DNA of 63,091 bases, the filler included. It is 7 parts of 7 records of this genome, joined end to end, with 100 filler letters (N's around TTAATTAATTAA, not from the genome) between each part and the next. Parts side by side here need not be neighbours in the genome. Positions count along the whole stretch, not along the records: positions 1 to 5,480 come from DRR723986_7453; positions 5,581 to 14,672 come from DRR723986_7454; 5 more parts are not named here. The stretch is one strand, 5' to 3'. The notes under the pieces were generated by a model. That model saw only the letters and a program-made list of their open reading frames with translations, searched no databases and had not been told where the DNA came from. This document shows, piece after piece, positions 1 to 9,525 of the stretch. The stretch's first letter is position 1. Every line of letters begins with the position of its first letter. Made by a program: the position numbers and the translations under genes.

Positions 1-38
1 CCCCGCCGCCCCAGAGACCGAAGCGCCAGAGTGACCCC

Positions 39-241
39 GCAGGGCGGGCTTCGGCCCGCCCGGTTCGTCCGTAGAGAAGCGCAGGCGCCCGAGTGCCGCC
101 GTAGGGCGGGCTTCAGCCCGCCTTTCGCCCTCGGCCGGAAGTGGACCGGGCGTTCTCACCAAAGGCCAATCAAGCCCCCCGCTGGCGACCCATCCAGGAC
201 CGACGTATCGGGATACCCAGTAGGGCGGGCTTCAGCCCGCC
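39..241 (+). repeat. Three co-oriented GTAG-type REP-like palindromes
   Basis: G(T/C)AG-GGCGGGCT-TC-(A/G)GCCCGCC at 39-60, 101-122 and 220-241; hairpin preceded by a GTAG tetranucleotide. Confidence 0.75.
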
Positions 242-327
242 TTGCCCCGCTCGCCCAAGTGCTGACGGGGCGGTCTCATGCCACCTGCCGGGCTGGGCCA
301 CGGGCCGGGGGCCGCTCCGCCGCCCGA

Positions 328-987
328 TCAGCGGCAGTAGGCCCCATTGCCGTGCTGCGCGATGTCGAAATGGAAGTGGTCCTCGTGCATGCCGTCGGAC
401 CCCGGTCCAAGAACGGTGCCGAAGATTCCGCAAGCGCGGCTGTGCATGGTCTTGAGGTCCGCGCCGTAGGTCTTTGACCGCCAGCCGTCCAGCACGGTGA
501 CCTGCGTGCCGTCGCGCAGGTGGATCGCCGAGATGTCGATGGCCTTGCCCTTGGCATGTTCGGACAGCCGCGCCCCGGCGCGATGGTTGCGCGTCCGGCA
601 GGCGTAATGCGCCGCGACGCGAAGCTCTCCGATGCCGCCGCCCTTGGTGCCGACTGCCGGAACCGCCGCCACCTGCAGCCATTGCTTCAGGGCCTTCGCG
701 GTGCCGCATTCGACGGTCGCCGACTGCGAGAGGCCGATGTGCCCCACCGCCCGCAGCCGCACCGCGTTCTCGACGCCGCATCCGCCCGGGCCATCGATGT
801 CGTCGATGCGCTCTCCCACCAGCAGCGGATCACCGCAAAGCCCGCCACCCTCGACCGTGCCATCCTTGCCGAAAGCCGCCGCCAGCAGGTTCTTCATCCC
901 CGCGACGCCATCCTTCGCCCTGTCCTTCGCGCCTCCGCAACCGGACAGCGTGAGGGCAAGCATCAGGGTCAGGGCAATCGGTTTCAC
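328..987 (-). CDS. Extensin-like C-terminal domain lipoprotein
   Basis: Lipobox LSGC; motifs HYACR, LSEHAKGKAIDI, ACGIFGTVLGP, HEDHFHFD. Confidence 0.85.
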   Translation of the reverse strand: MKPIALTLMLALTLSGCGGAKDRAKDGVAGMKNLLAAAFGKDGTVEGGGLCGDPLLVGERIDDIDGPGGCGVENAVRLRAVGHIGLSQSATVECGTAKALKQWLQVAAVPAVGTKGGGIGELRVAAHYACRTRNHRAGARLSEHAKGKAIDISAIHLRDGTQVTVLDGWRSKTYGADLKTMHSRACGIFGTVLGPGSDGMHEDHFHFDIAQHGNGAYCR

Positions 988-1907
988 GGGTCCACCTTCA
1001 CACGGCCAAAGTCCGGTTTATCCGTATCCTGACCCGCCTGCAGAATGCCACGCCGGATGGCGCGGGTGCGGGTGAAATAGGCGTGAAGCTGCTCACCGTC
1101 GCCCGTCCGGATGGCCCGTTGCAGGGCGAAGAGCTCTTCGGTGAAGCGGCCGAGGATCTCGATCGTGGCTTCCTTGTTGGTCAGGAAGACGTCGCGCCAC
1201 ATGGTCGGGTCGCTCGCCGCGATCCGGGTGAAGTCGCGGAAACCGGCGGCGGAGAACTTGATGACCTCCTTCTCGGAGACCTTCGACAGATCGTCGGCCA
1301 CGCCCACCATCGTATAGGCGATGAGGTGCGGAATATGGCTCACGACGGCGCAGACGAGGTCGTGATGCTCTGGTTCCATGCGCTCTGTGCTGGCGCCGAG
1401 GCGGTTCCAGAAGGTCTCGAGCCGGGAGACTTCGGCGTCGGGGGTGCCCTCCATCGGGACGATCAGGCACCAGCGGTTGTCGTAGAGCGAGGCAAAGCCC
1501 GCGTCCGGCCCGGAATGCTCGGTCCCCGCCATGGGATGCGCGGGCACGAAAAACACGCCCTCGGGTATGTGGGGGGCGACTTCCTCGATCACCGTGCGCT
1601 TGACCGAACCCACGTCCGTCACCGTGCAACCGGGCTTCAGATGCGGCGCGATTTCCCGGGCCAGCGGCCCCATCGCGCCCACCGGAACGGCCAGCACGAC
1701 GAGGTCGGCGTCCTGCACCGCCTCTATGGCGCTGTCGCAGACCACGTCGCAGAAGCCCAGCTTGCGCGTCTTGTCCCGGCTTTCGGCAGAGCGCGCGTAG
1801 CCCCGGATCTCGCCCGCCACGTCGTCGCGGCGGCAGGCCCATGCGATGGACCCGGCGATCAGGCCCAACCCCAGCAGCGCAACCTTGTCGTAGACCTTTG
1901 CGCTCAT
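984..1907 (-). CDS. tyrC: Prephenate/arogenate (cyclohexadienyl) dehydrogenase
   Basis: GLGLIAGS Rossmann motif, [31 protein letters not shown] at 1907 overlaps the hisC stop. Confidence 0.93.
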   Translation of the reverse strand: MSAKVYDKVALLGLGLIAGSIAWACRRDDVAGEIRGYARSAESRDKTRKLGFCDVVCDSAIEAVQDADLVVLAVPVGAMGPLAREIAPHLKPGCTVTDVGSVKRTVIEEVAPHIPEGVFFVPAHPMAGTEHSGPDAGFASLYDNRWCLIVPMEGTPDAEVSRLETFWNRLGASTERMEPEHHDLVCAVVSHIPHLIAYTMVGVADDLSKVSEKEVIKFSAAGFRDFTRIAASDPTMWRDVFLTNKEATIEILGRFTEELFALQRAIRTGDGEQLHAYFTRTRAIRRGILQAGQDTDKPDFGRVKVDP

Positions 1908-2989
1908 CGCGCGCCGGCCTTGAACTGCCCCACGCAATAGGCCACGCGCCGGCAAGAGGCCTCGTCCCCCACGGTGATCCGCAGGCAGTTGGGCAGCTTG
2001 TAGCCCGCCACGCGCCGCACGATCAGCCCCTGCGATTGCAGGTAGGCGTCGCAGGCCTCGGCCTCTTCGCGGCTGCCGAACCGCGCCAGCACGAAATTCG
2101 CCGTCGAGGTGTCGCAGGGCACGCCGTGCTCGGCCAGCGCCTCGGACAACCACGCCCGCAGGCGGGTGTTGTCGTCGCGGCATTTCTCGACATAGGCGGT
2201 GTCGCGCACGGCGGCCTCTGCGGCGGCCAGCGCGGTGCCCGACAGGTTGAACGGCCCGCGCACGCGGTTCAGCACGTCGATCACGGGCTTCGGGGCATAG
2301 CCCCAGCCGACGCGCAGCCCGCCCAGCCCGTAGAGCTTGGAGAAGGTCCGCGTCATCACCACGTTGTCGCGCATCTCGACCAGCCGCGCGCCGCCGTCGT
2401 AGCCCTCGACGTATTCGGCATAGGCGCCGTCCAGAACCAGCAGACACTGCGGCGGCAGGCCCTCGGCCAGCCGCTCGATCTCGGCCAGACCGATCATCGT
2501 GCCGGTGGGATTGTTGGGATTGGCGATGAAGACCAGACGCGTGCTGTCGTTGCAGGCGTTCAGGATCGAATCCACATCCGTCACCCGCTCGCGCTCCGGC
2601 ACCTCGACGGGGGTGCCGCCCGCCACCAGCGTGCTGATGCGGTACATGGCAAAGCCGTGTTCTGTGTGGATCACCTCGGTGCCCGGCCCGGCATAGGCCT
2701 GGCACAGGAAATGGATGATCTCGTCCGAGCCCACCCCGCAGATGATCCGGTCGGCGTCCAGCCCGTGCGCCTCGGCCAGCGCGAGGCGCAGGCTCATGTG
2801 ATCGGTCGAAGGATAGCGGTGCAGCTCGTGGACGGACCGCCGCACGGCATCCTGCGCCGCCGGGCTGGGACCGTAGGGGTTCTCGTTCGAGCTGAGCTTG
2901 ATCACGTTGCTCACGCCGTCGACGGTCGCCTTGCCGCCTTCGTAGAGTGCAATCTCCATGATCCCGGGCTTGGGTTCGATCTGTGCCAT
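1904..2989 (-). CDS. hisC: Histidinol-phosphate aminotransferase
   Basis: [19 protein letters not shown]-lysine motif [25 protein letters not shown] before ATG 2989. Confidence 0.95.
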   Translation of the reverse strand: MAQIEPKPGIMEIALYEGGKATVDGVSNVIKLSSNENPYGPSPAAQDAVRRSVHELHRYPSTDHMSLRLALAEAHGLDADRIICGVGSDEIIHFLCQAYAGPGTEVIHTEHGFAMYRISTLVAGGTPVEVPERERVTDVDSILNACNDSTRLVFIANPNNPTGTMIGLAEIERLAEGLPPQCLLVLDGAYAEYVEGYDGGARLVEMRDNVVMTRTFSKLYGLGGLRVGWGYAPKPVIDVLNRVRGPFNLSGTALAAAEAAVRDTAYVEKCRDDNTRLRAWLSEALAEHGVPCDTSTANFVLARFGSREEAEACDAYLQSQGLIVRRVAGYKLPNCLRITVGDEASCRRVAYCVGQFKAGAR

Positions 2990-3109
2990 GCCGTTCTCCT
3001 TGACCCCGGTTGCATACCCGCCGGACCGGGCCAAGAAAAGCGGGAAACGGGTTTCAATCCGCGTCGGTCAAGCTACGATGCCCGCACCGTATTTTCCGGG
3101 GCTCTTTTG

Positions 3110-4732
3110 ATGAAAGCCATTCTTGCGGCCTTTCTGGCCTTTGTCGGACTGACCACGACGGCGATCCTGATGGCGACGGGGCAGATCGGGCCGCGCACGC
3201 CCCTGACTATCCTGACGACGCCGGGCCATGCCGTCTACGAGACGATCCTGCGCGACTGGGCCGAGGACAACCGGATCGACCTGACACTTCGGCCGGTGCC
3301 AGAGCCCGCCATGGCCGCCGCCTTGAGAACGCAGGGAGAGGCGCGCCCCGACGTGATCTGGACCGACAGCCGTCTCTGGCTGGACCGCATCGACCCCGAG
3401 GGGCAGGCGCAGCATGTGACCCCCCTGACCCGGCAGCCGGTGGTGCTGGCGATCAAGGCCCGCATCGCGCAGGAGATGGGCTGGGCGGACCGCGAGACCG
3501 TGCCCATGGCCGAAATCGCGCAGGCCGCGCAAGAGGGCTGGTTTCGCTTCGGCATCGGCTCTGCCACGCAGGGCAGTCTTGGCGCGGCGACCTACCTTGG
3601 CCTGTTCCCGGCCTTCTCCGATGGCGATGGCCCGCTCGACGCCGCCATGCTGGAGGCGCCAGAGACGCTGGACGCCGTGCGCGCGCTTCTAGCGCAGGTG
3701 GACCGGACGACGCCGGGGGCGGTGGCGCTGACGGACCTGCTGGTGGCGCATCCCGATCACCTTGACGCGATGTTCAATACCGAAGCCGAAGCCCTGCGCG
3801 CCAACCGACTGCTGACGGAGGCCGGCGGCTCGGGCCTGCATGTGGTCTACCCCGGGGACCTGCGGGCCATGCTCGACAGCACCATCGGCTTTCTGCCCGG
3901 CGCAGAGCCGCAGCCGGATCGCGAAGAGGCCTTCCTTGCGCTCGTGGCGCATCTGCAAGGCGCCGAGGTCACGGCGATGCTGCAGGGGCTGGGCCTTCGG
4001 ACGGTCGGTCCGGAGGGCGACACCGCAGAGCCGCAGGGCGAGGCATGGACCGGCGCCCCCGGCCTGCGGCCCGCGCTGACCGGGCAGGCGACCGATCCGC
4101 TTCCGGCGGATGTGGTGGCGCGCGCGCTGACGCTTTACCAGACCACGCTGCGCAAGCCGTCGCTCACGGTCTGGGTGCTCGATCACTCGGCATCCATGGG
4201 CGGCGCGCCGATCAACCAGATGCGGCAGGCGATGACGAGCCTTCTGGACCCGAAGCAGGCTGCCCGCCACCTGTTGCAGCCGACGGACCGCGATGCCGCC
4301 GTGATCCTGCCCTTCGACGAGATCATCGCCGACCCGATCCGCATCGACGCCGCCTCGCCCGTGGCGCTGGAGCGCGCCCGCCGCTTCCTTGCCAGCCAGC
4401 AGGTCGGCGGGGCCGAGAGCGACATCTACTATGCGCTCTACGAGGCCTACGGGGAACTCTCCCGCCTGTCCGGGACCGGCGCGTTGGGGCGCAGCCTGCC
4501 CGCCATCGTCCTGTTGACCGACGCGCCTTCGACGCAGGCCAGCCGAGCCGCGCTGGAGGCCCATCGGCGCGCGACCCCCCTGTCGCCGCCGGTGCCGATC
4601 ATCGCCATCGCCTATGGCGCGGCGGACCGGGCCGAACTGCAGGCCCTCGCCGACCTGACGGGCGGCATGATGATCGACGCGCAGGGCGACGTCGCAGCCG
4701 CGCTGCGCAGGGCGCGGGCCTTCAACAACTGA
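3110..4732 (+). CDS. Substrate-binding-domain + VWA-domain protein
   Basis: N-terminal hydrophobic segment; SBP-like region; C-terminal MIDAS motif VLDHSASM, LLTD, IIAIAYG. Confidence 0.75.
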   Translation: MKAILAAFLAFVGLTTTAILMATGQIGPRTPLTILTTPGHAVYETILRDWAEDNRIDLTLRPVPEPAMAAALRTQGEARPDVIWTDSRLWLDRIDPEGQAQHVTPLTRQPVVLAIKARIAQEMGWADRETVPMAEIAQAAQEGWFRFGIGSATQGSLGAATYLGLFPAFSDGDGPLDAAMLEAPETLDAVRALLAQVDRTTPGAVALTDLLVAHPDHLDAMFNTEAEALRANRLLTEAGGSGLHVVYPGDLRAMLDSTIGFLPGAEPQPDREEAFLALVAHLQGAEVTAMLQGLGLRTVGPEGDTAEPQGEAWTGAPGLRPALTGQATDPLPADVVARALTLYQTTLRKPSLTVWVLDHSASMGGAPINQMRQAMTSLLDPKQAARHLLQPTDRDAAVILPFDEIIADPIRIDAASPVALERARRFLASQQVGGAESDIYYALYEAYGELSRLSGTGALGRSLPAIVLLTDAPSTQASRAALEAHRRATPLSPPVPIIAIAYGAADRAELQALADLTGGMMIDAQGDVAAALRRARAFNN

Positions 4733-4817
4733 GGCACCTCGGCGGCCGAGGCGCCTGAACCCGTGCGCGGCGATCCGATGGACGGGAAGGGTCACGCGGC
4801 GGGCCCGCTCAGGGCCA

Positions 4818-5480
4818 TCAGGCGGCGGGCGCGCCTTGGGTTCGGTAGGCCGCGAGACGCGCGTGCAGCAGCCGAGCCACAGGCCCCCAGCGCGCCACCA
4901 CCGCCTCTGCCGGGGCCCCCTCGGCGATGGCCTGCCACAGAGCCGCGGCGGGCACCGGCCCGAACCATCCCACGCCTTCCGGCTCTTCGGGGGTGTGCAG
5001 CAGCGGCATCTCTTCGATCAGACCGCCCCGCAGGACGGTGCCGGGGCGGACCTCGGGCGTCTCGACCGGGCTGTGCGAGGGCTGGTCGTCGGGGAAATCG
5101 TGCCGTGCCGCCCAGAAGGGCCGTGACGCAAAGCGCTTTTCCTGCCGCAGGAAGTCGCGCCCGACGCGCGCATTGCGCAGATACGTCGCGCGCGCTCTGT
5201 CCTCCAGATACCGGCGGCACAGCGCCCGATCCTCGGGGCGGGCCGTCAGGGTGCGGCGGGCGGCGGCGGCGGACAGCGCGCTCGACACCGCCCAGAAGAG
5301 GCCGTGCCCGGACAGCGGATCCATCGCGGCCAGCGCATCGCCGACGGGCAGGCAGGTCAGGTCTTCGATGGCCGCCGGCAGCAGCGGCGCCGAGGCCCGC
5401 GCCTGCAGGGCGGAGGTCGGCGCGACAGGCCCCACACCCGCCCGCTCCAGCGCCCGCCTCAGGCGTTGCTCCATCGGCTC
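4818..5480 (-). CDS. FAD-dependent monooxygenase, QhpG-like (C-terminal part, cut by contig end)
   Basis: VGDALAAMDPLSGHG flavin GD motif; C-terminus recalls QhpG. Confidence 0.6.
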   Translation of the reverse strand, partial: EPMEQRLRRALERAGVGPVAPTSALQARASAPLLPAAIEDLTCLPVGDALAAMDPLSGHGLFWAVSSALSAAAARRTLTARPEDRALCRRYLEDRARATYLRNARVGRDFLRQEKRFASRPFWAARHDFPDDQPSHSPVETPEVRPGTVLRGGLIEEMPLLHTPEEPEGVGWFGPVPAAALWQAIAEGAPAEAVVARWGPVARLLHARLAAYRTQGAPAA

Positions 5481-5580
5481 NNNNNNNNNNNNNNNNNNNN
5501 NNNNNNNNNNNNNNNNNNNNNNNNTTAATTAATTAANNNNNNNNNNNNNNNNNNNNNNNNNNNNNNNNNNNNNNNNNNNN
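5481..5580. other. Artificial contig linker
   Basis: N-run + TTAATTAATTAA (stops in all six frames) + N-run. Confidence 0.98.
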
Positions 5581-5633
5581 GGCACGGGCGGACCCATTGA
5601 TCTTCTCAAAAAGAACCGCCAAGGCAAAAACTT

Positions 5634-6245
5634 TCAGCTCCCTTTTGCCCCAGCCGGCACGCTCGCTTCCGCTTCCACCTGCACATCCTCCGAACGATCC
5701 AGCGGACGCCAAACGACTAAAATCAGGACCGTAAAATAGGCCAGGCCGGCAAGTGCGGAAAAAATTCCACCCATGCCATTCCAGAATTCCAGACGCTGGA
5801 GCAGTAATTTGCGGCACTCTGCCACAGTGGGAGTTGAACCGGAGACAGAGTCCTGCGCGGCCGACGCAAACATTGGAAACCAGCGCTCAATCAGCTCAAA
5901 ATCGTACAACATCTGTGCACACTCAAAGGGCACGTACAGCAGCACCAGCACGCCGGACATAAAAAACCAGGGCCGCGCACGCCATTCGCGCTTCTGCCGC
6001 ATAAAATACGCCAGCCCACTCAGCAGCGTCAGCACATACGCCAACATGACCGAAGTGCCGCCCATGGCGATCAATCGGAAACTGTGTAGTTCGGCTGCAG
6101 CCGCAAACGTTCCGTGAAACTCAAGCGTACCCGTCACAAACAGGTCGTTTACCAGCAGCGCACGCGCAAACGAGCCCCCCAGCCAGACAATCGCGCCCAG
6201 CAGCAGGAAACTCAGCAGAATTTGGTCCAGTTTTGATCTCAGCAT
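5634..6245 (-). CDS. Hypothetical integral membrane protein (~4 TM)
   Basis: Four hydrophobic stretches; no recognised family motif. Confidence 0.7.
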   Translation of the reverse strand: MLRSKLDQILLSFLLLGAIVWLGGSFARALLVNDLFVTGTLEFHGTFAAAAELHSFRLIAMGGTSVMLAYVLTLLSGLAYFMRQKREWRARPWFFMSGVLVLLYVPFECAQMLYDFELIERWFPMFASAAQDSVSGSTPTVAECRKLLLQRLEFWNGMGGIFSALAGLAYFTVLILVVWRPLDRSEDVQVEAEASVPAGAKGS

Positions 6246-6544
6246 GGCCGCCAAATTAACATAATCTCAGCACAGACGCATCCCAACCCCGCCCAACCAC
6301 CACAGAGGGCTTGAGCGCTGCGCCCCTCCCATTTCATTCGGTGGCTTACTCTTTTCTTTTTGTTTGTCACCGGGAGGCCGGCGTGGATCATCTGAGTACG
6401 TCTCCAAAGCGCAAACATTCGAGCCACGGATGCAACCTTCAGCGTCAAAAAGCCTCAAATATTGCAAGCATTCCGCCCGCTACGGGCCACGGAAAGGCAC
6501 AGTAGATTAATCGTTAGAAAGTTGCAATCGGAAGTGGAGAATTC

Positions 6545-7057
6545 ATGCACAGGTCAATGCCAACAAATAGAATCGGAATCTTAGCAGCCCTGCTGCTTTT
6601 TGTCATCTCTGCAGCGCTAAGTACAGCCCAGGCACAGGTAGATAAAGCTGCATCCAGCGCGGATTCAGATGCGCAGGCCAAATCCCAGACGGCCACCGTC
6701 CTGATTAAGGCACACGGTTTTGAATCGAATGAAGGCCAGGCCATGATCAAAATTTACAACAGCGACGACGGTTTCCCTAAGGACAACAGCAAAGCCTTTA
6801 AGCTGATGAAAAGCCCAATCAAGGACCAGAAAATCAGCTTAAAACTCACAGACCTGGCGCCGGGAAACTACGCGATCCTGGTATTACATGACGCCAACGG
6901 AAACAACGAGATGGACACAAACTGGATCGGCATGCCGAACGAGCCGATTGGCATCAGCAACTATCCGGAACCCGCACGCCCCAGCTTTGACAAAGCCAAA
7001 GTCAAACTTGCTGCAGGCGACGTTATTACAGTAAATATCGCTGTATCTGAATTATAA
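6545..7057 (+). CDS. DUF2141 secreted protein
   Basis: Signal peptide; PGNYAILVLHDANGNNEMDTNWIGMPNEPIGISN...PSF. Confidence 0.88.
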   Translation: MHRSMPTNRIGILAALLLFVISAALSTAQAQVDKAASSADSDAQAKSQTATVLIKAHGFESNEGQAMIKIYNSDDGFPKDNSKAFKLMKSPIKDQKISLKLTDLAPGNYAILVLHDANGNNEMDTNWIGMPNEPIGISNYPEPARPSFDKAKVKLAAGDVITVNIAVSEL

Positions 7058-7088
7058 AACGCTGGACAATTCTGGCTGCGGGAATAGC

Positions 7089-7937
7089 TTACTCGATATT
7101 CATCGAGATATCGAGCGCAGTAGCCGAATGTGTCATCGCGCCAACGGAGATAAACTGGACGCCGGTTTCGGCGTAGCTGCGGACGGTCTTGAGGTTCACG
7201 CCCCCGGAGGCTTCGGTTTCGATTTTATTGCCGACCAGTTCAACGGCTGCGCGCATGGCTTCGGGCGTAAAGTTGTCGAACATCACACGATCAACACCTT
7301 TACACTCCAGGACTTCGCGGACCTGCTCCAGGTTCGCGGCTTCAACTTCTATGGCGATTCCGCGCTCACCAATTGCTTCCAGGCAGCGCTCCACGGCTAC
7401 CGTAATGCCACCGGCAGCCGCGATGTGATTATCCTTGATCATGACCATGTCATGCAGCCCAAAGCGGTGATTCGTGGCGCCACCGATGCGCACGGCATAT
7501 TTGTCGAGGATGCGCCAGGCTGGAATGGTTTTGCGCGTATCCAGGATTGTGGCCTTGGTGCCTTCAATCGCATCGACATATTCGCGCGCCAGACTGGCAA
7601 CGCCACTCATCCTTTGCATAAAATTCAACGCAGCGCGTTCACCTTTCAGCATGTCAACTGCCGGACCTTTGATGTGTGCAGCAACTGTTCCGGCCTTGAT
7701 GATGTCACCTTCCTGAACAACTTCATCGAAATCAATGGAGCTGTTGATAGCCGCAAACACCAGGCGCGCGATTGGCAGGCCACACACTACACCGTCCTGC
7801 TTGTACAGGATTGTGCCACGCGCGGGCGTCCCCGGATCAATCGTACTTTCGGACGTAATGTCGCCCGTCTGGATATCCTCAATCAGTGCAATTTCGACTA
7901 AGCGAGCAATGGAAGCATCGTTAAGGGAGTTAATCAT
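7089..7937 (-). CDS. nadC: Quinolinate phosphoribosyltransferase
   Basis: EDIQTGDITS, DTRKT, HRFGL, MIKDNH, EASGG, ISVG. Confidence 0.95.
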   Translation of the reverse strand: MINSLNDASIARLVEIALIEDIQTGDITSESTIDPGTPARGTILYKQDGVVCGLPIARLVFAAINSSIDFDEVVQEGDIIKAGTVAAHIKGPAVDMLKGERAALNFMQRMSGVASLAREYVDAIEGTKATILDTRKTIPAWRILDKYAVRIGGATNHRFGLHDMVMIKDNHIAAAGGITVAVERCLEAIGERGIAIEVEAANLEQVREVLECKGVDRVMFDNFTPEAMRAAVELVGNKIETEASGGVNLKTVRSYAETGVQFISVGAMTHSATALDISMNIE

Positions 7938-8098
7938 ATGGCCGTCCTGCATCCTTTCAGCATGCGTAAAAAACCTGTCCAAATGCGATATGCATGCTAT
8001 TACACTTCAGGCATGCATTTGTTGAGCTTGTGCATAGAGTCATGCGTTTGTGAAAAACGCCGATACGTAGATTTTTTGGCCGTCGCACATGGCCGGCC

Positions 8099-9343
8099 TC
8101 ACTTAGCGCCAACGCTAACCGGTTTGCGATGTCCGTCGGCGTACATACCATGCAGGCTCGCAAACCCACGCTGTAATTCGTCGAATGAAGGTTTGCCCTG
8201 CGGCGTAAAGTCACCGTCGCGCAGGCCGCCGGCAGCCTGGTCAGTAAACACTTTCCACCAAAAGATACCAACGAACCAGGATTCGGGATAGACCATTTCC
8301 GCCAATATACGGTAGGCCTGTTCCTGATGCTGCATGCTGATCGGACGCGCCTCGTGTTCGGGCCACTCCCAGGGTTTATGCGCGGCAGCCACCACGCTGC
8401 GGAAGCCGGCTTCCGTAAGAATTATCTCACGCTTGTTCTGCTCCGCAATCTCGGCACATTGCTGGATGATTGGTCCCCAGCCGTTGCGCAGGGTGGCATC
8501 GGAAGGATCGCGCTCACCACTCAGGTTTGGGTAAAGGTTGATGCCGATAAACTCAAGGTCATCCCAAAATTCGATGCGCGCCGCTTCCTCAACGCCGTGA
8601 GCCGCATAAGTCAAAGGTCCGGAATATACCGTCCTGATGGAATCAATCATCGTACGCCATTCAACCGCATAGGGCGTCAGATGCGGTAACTCCAGGCCGA
8701 TGCACAACATATCCGCGCCGCCGTCGCGCGCAAAACGGGCATTGTCCATCATGAAACGCGTATAAGACTCAAACCAGCGCGCGCGGTCCGTGGAGTCCGG
8801 GAAACGAATGTCACCCGTCCAATACTTTTTGGTCCAGAACTCATGGCTCCAGATATACGGTTTGACCAAAACACGAACGCCGTGGCTGCGCATGTTGCGA
8901 ATCGCAGTCACATAGTCGCGCTCGGCCCAACGGGACCAGACTACATTGCGCGATGTAATTGTTGACATTGAACCGCAAGGAGTAATTGCCACCCAGGTGG
9001 CACCGCGATTTTTGAGCGTATCACAGAGTTCCAGTGCCTGCGGAGTGTCGTAATCCGGAAAATTATCGGCAATTGTCATGCCGGCCATCGGTCGGTAAGC
9101 CGGCAGGCCGCGCACATCATCAGGTGGAATGCGCTTATCGGCGGAGGCTGAGTATGGCGCAGCTGTATCTGCCGCTCCTGGCGCCGCGGTCTGGTGTTCC
9201 GCAACATTCGCGGCAGGCATGGCGGCTTCGGTAAGCGGCTCAGGCGAACGTCCGGCAGATTCTCCGCAGGACGCCGTAAAACAAAGCAGAGTACATGCCG
9301 CGAGCAGCAGATGTACCAGCGAATCAGACTGGAGTGACTTCAT
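8099..9343 (-). CDS. Glycoside hydrolase family 113-like lipoprotein
   Basis: Cys-containing signal peptide; VKP, IGLEL (acid/base Glu), LTYAA, FWDDL, LTEAGFRS (nucleophile), GIFWW, DFTPQGKP. Confidence 0.75.
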   Translation of the reverse strand: MKSLQSDSLVHLLLAACTLLCFTASCGESAGRSPEPLTEAAMPAANVAEHQTAAPGAADTAAPYSASADKRIPPDDVRGLPAYRPMAGMTIADNFPDYDTPQALELCDTLKNRGATWVAITPCGSMSTITSRNVVWSRWAERDYVTAIRNMRSHGVRVLVKPYIWSHEFWTKKYWTGDIRFPDSTDRARWFESYTRFMMDNARFARDGGADMLCIGLELPHLTPYAVEWRTMIDSIRTVYSGPLTYAAHGVEEAARIEFWDDLEFIGINLYPNLSGERDPSDATLRNGWGPIIQQCAEIAEQNKREIILTEAGFRSVVAAAHKPWEWPEHEARPISMQHQEQAYRILAEMVYPESWFVGIFWWKVFTDQAAGGLRDGDFTPQGKPSFDELQRGFASLHGMYADGHRKPVSVGAK

Positions 9344-9525
9344 GTCCCGGAACGACGCACAGGCCGAAGCGCGCGTGTCCGAATCTTGGTGAAACTTCGG
9401 TTTTATCATTAATTTGGCAGCCGCTGCTGCCTGAAGTCCAGCTCCAGGCAGGCGGAATACGATTCTCACAAGCGGGCCTCTCCCAATTCTTAGCTCAAAA
9501 ACTCTTAGCTCAAAAAGACTCCGGC

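Noticed and set aside
39-241. Possible CRISPR array
   Set aside because: Only three 22-nt copies, unequal and mutually similar spacers, GTAG-REP structure, no cas genes
984-2705. 573-aa ORF as a TyrC fusion
   Set aside because: The N-terminal extension is an off-frame shadow of hisC; the real start is 1907
1841-3109. N-terminal 423 aa of the 963-aa ORF
   Set aside because: Antisense to hisC in very high-GC DNA; protein-like sequence starts at 3110
5481-5580. Recurrent TTAATTAATTAA palindrome within N-runs (six times)
   Set aside because: Identical 100-nt artificial joins; gene neighbourhoods across them are meaningless
9488-9515. TCTTAGCTCAAAA direct repeat before polX
   Set aside because: Only two copies; cannot distinguish an operator from a local duplication
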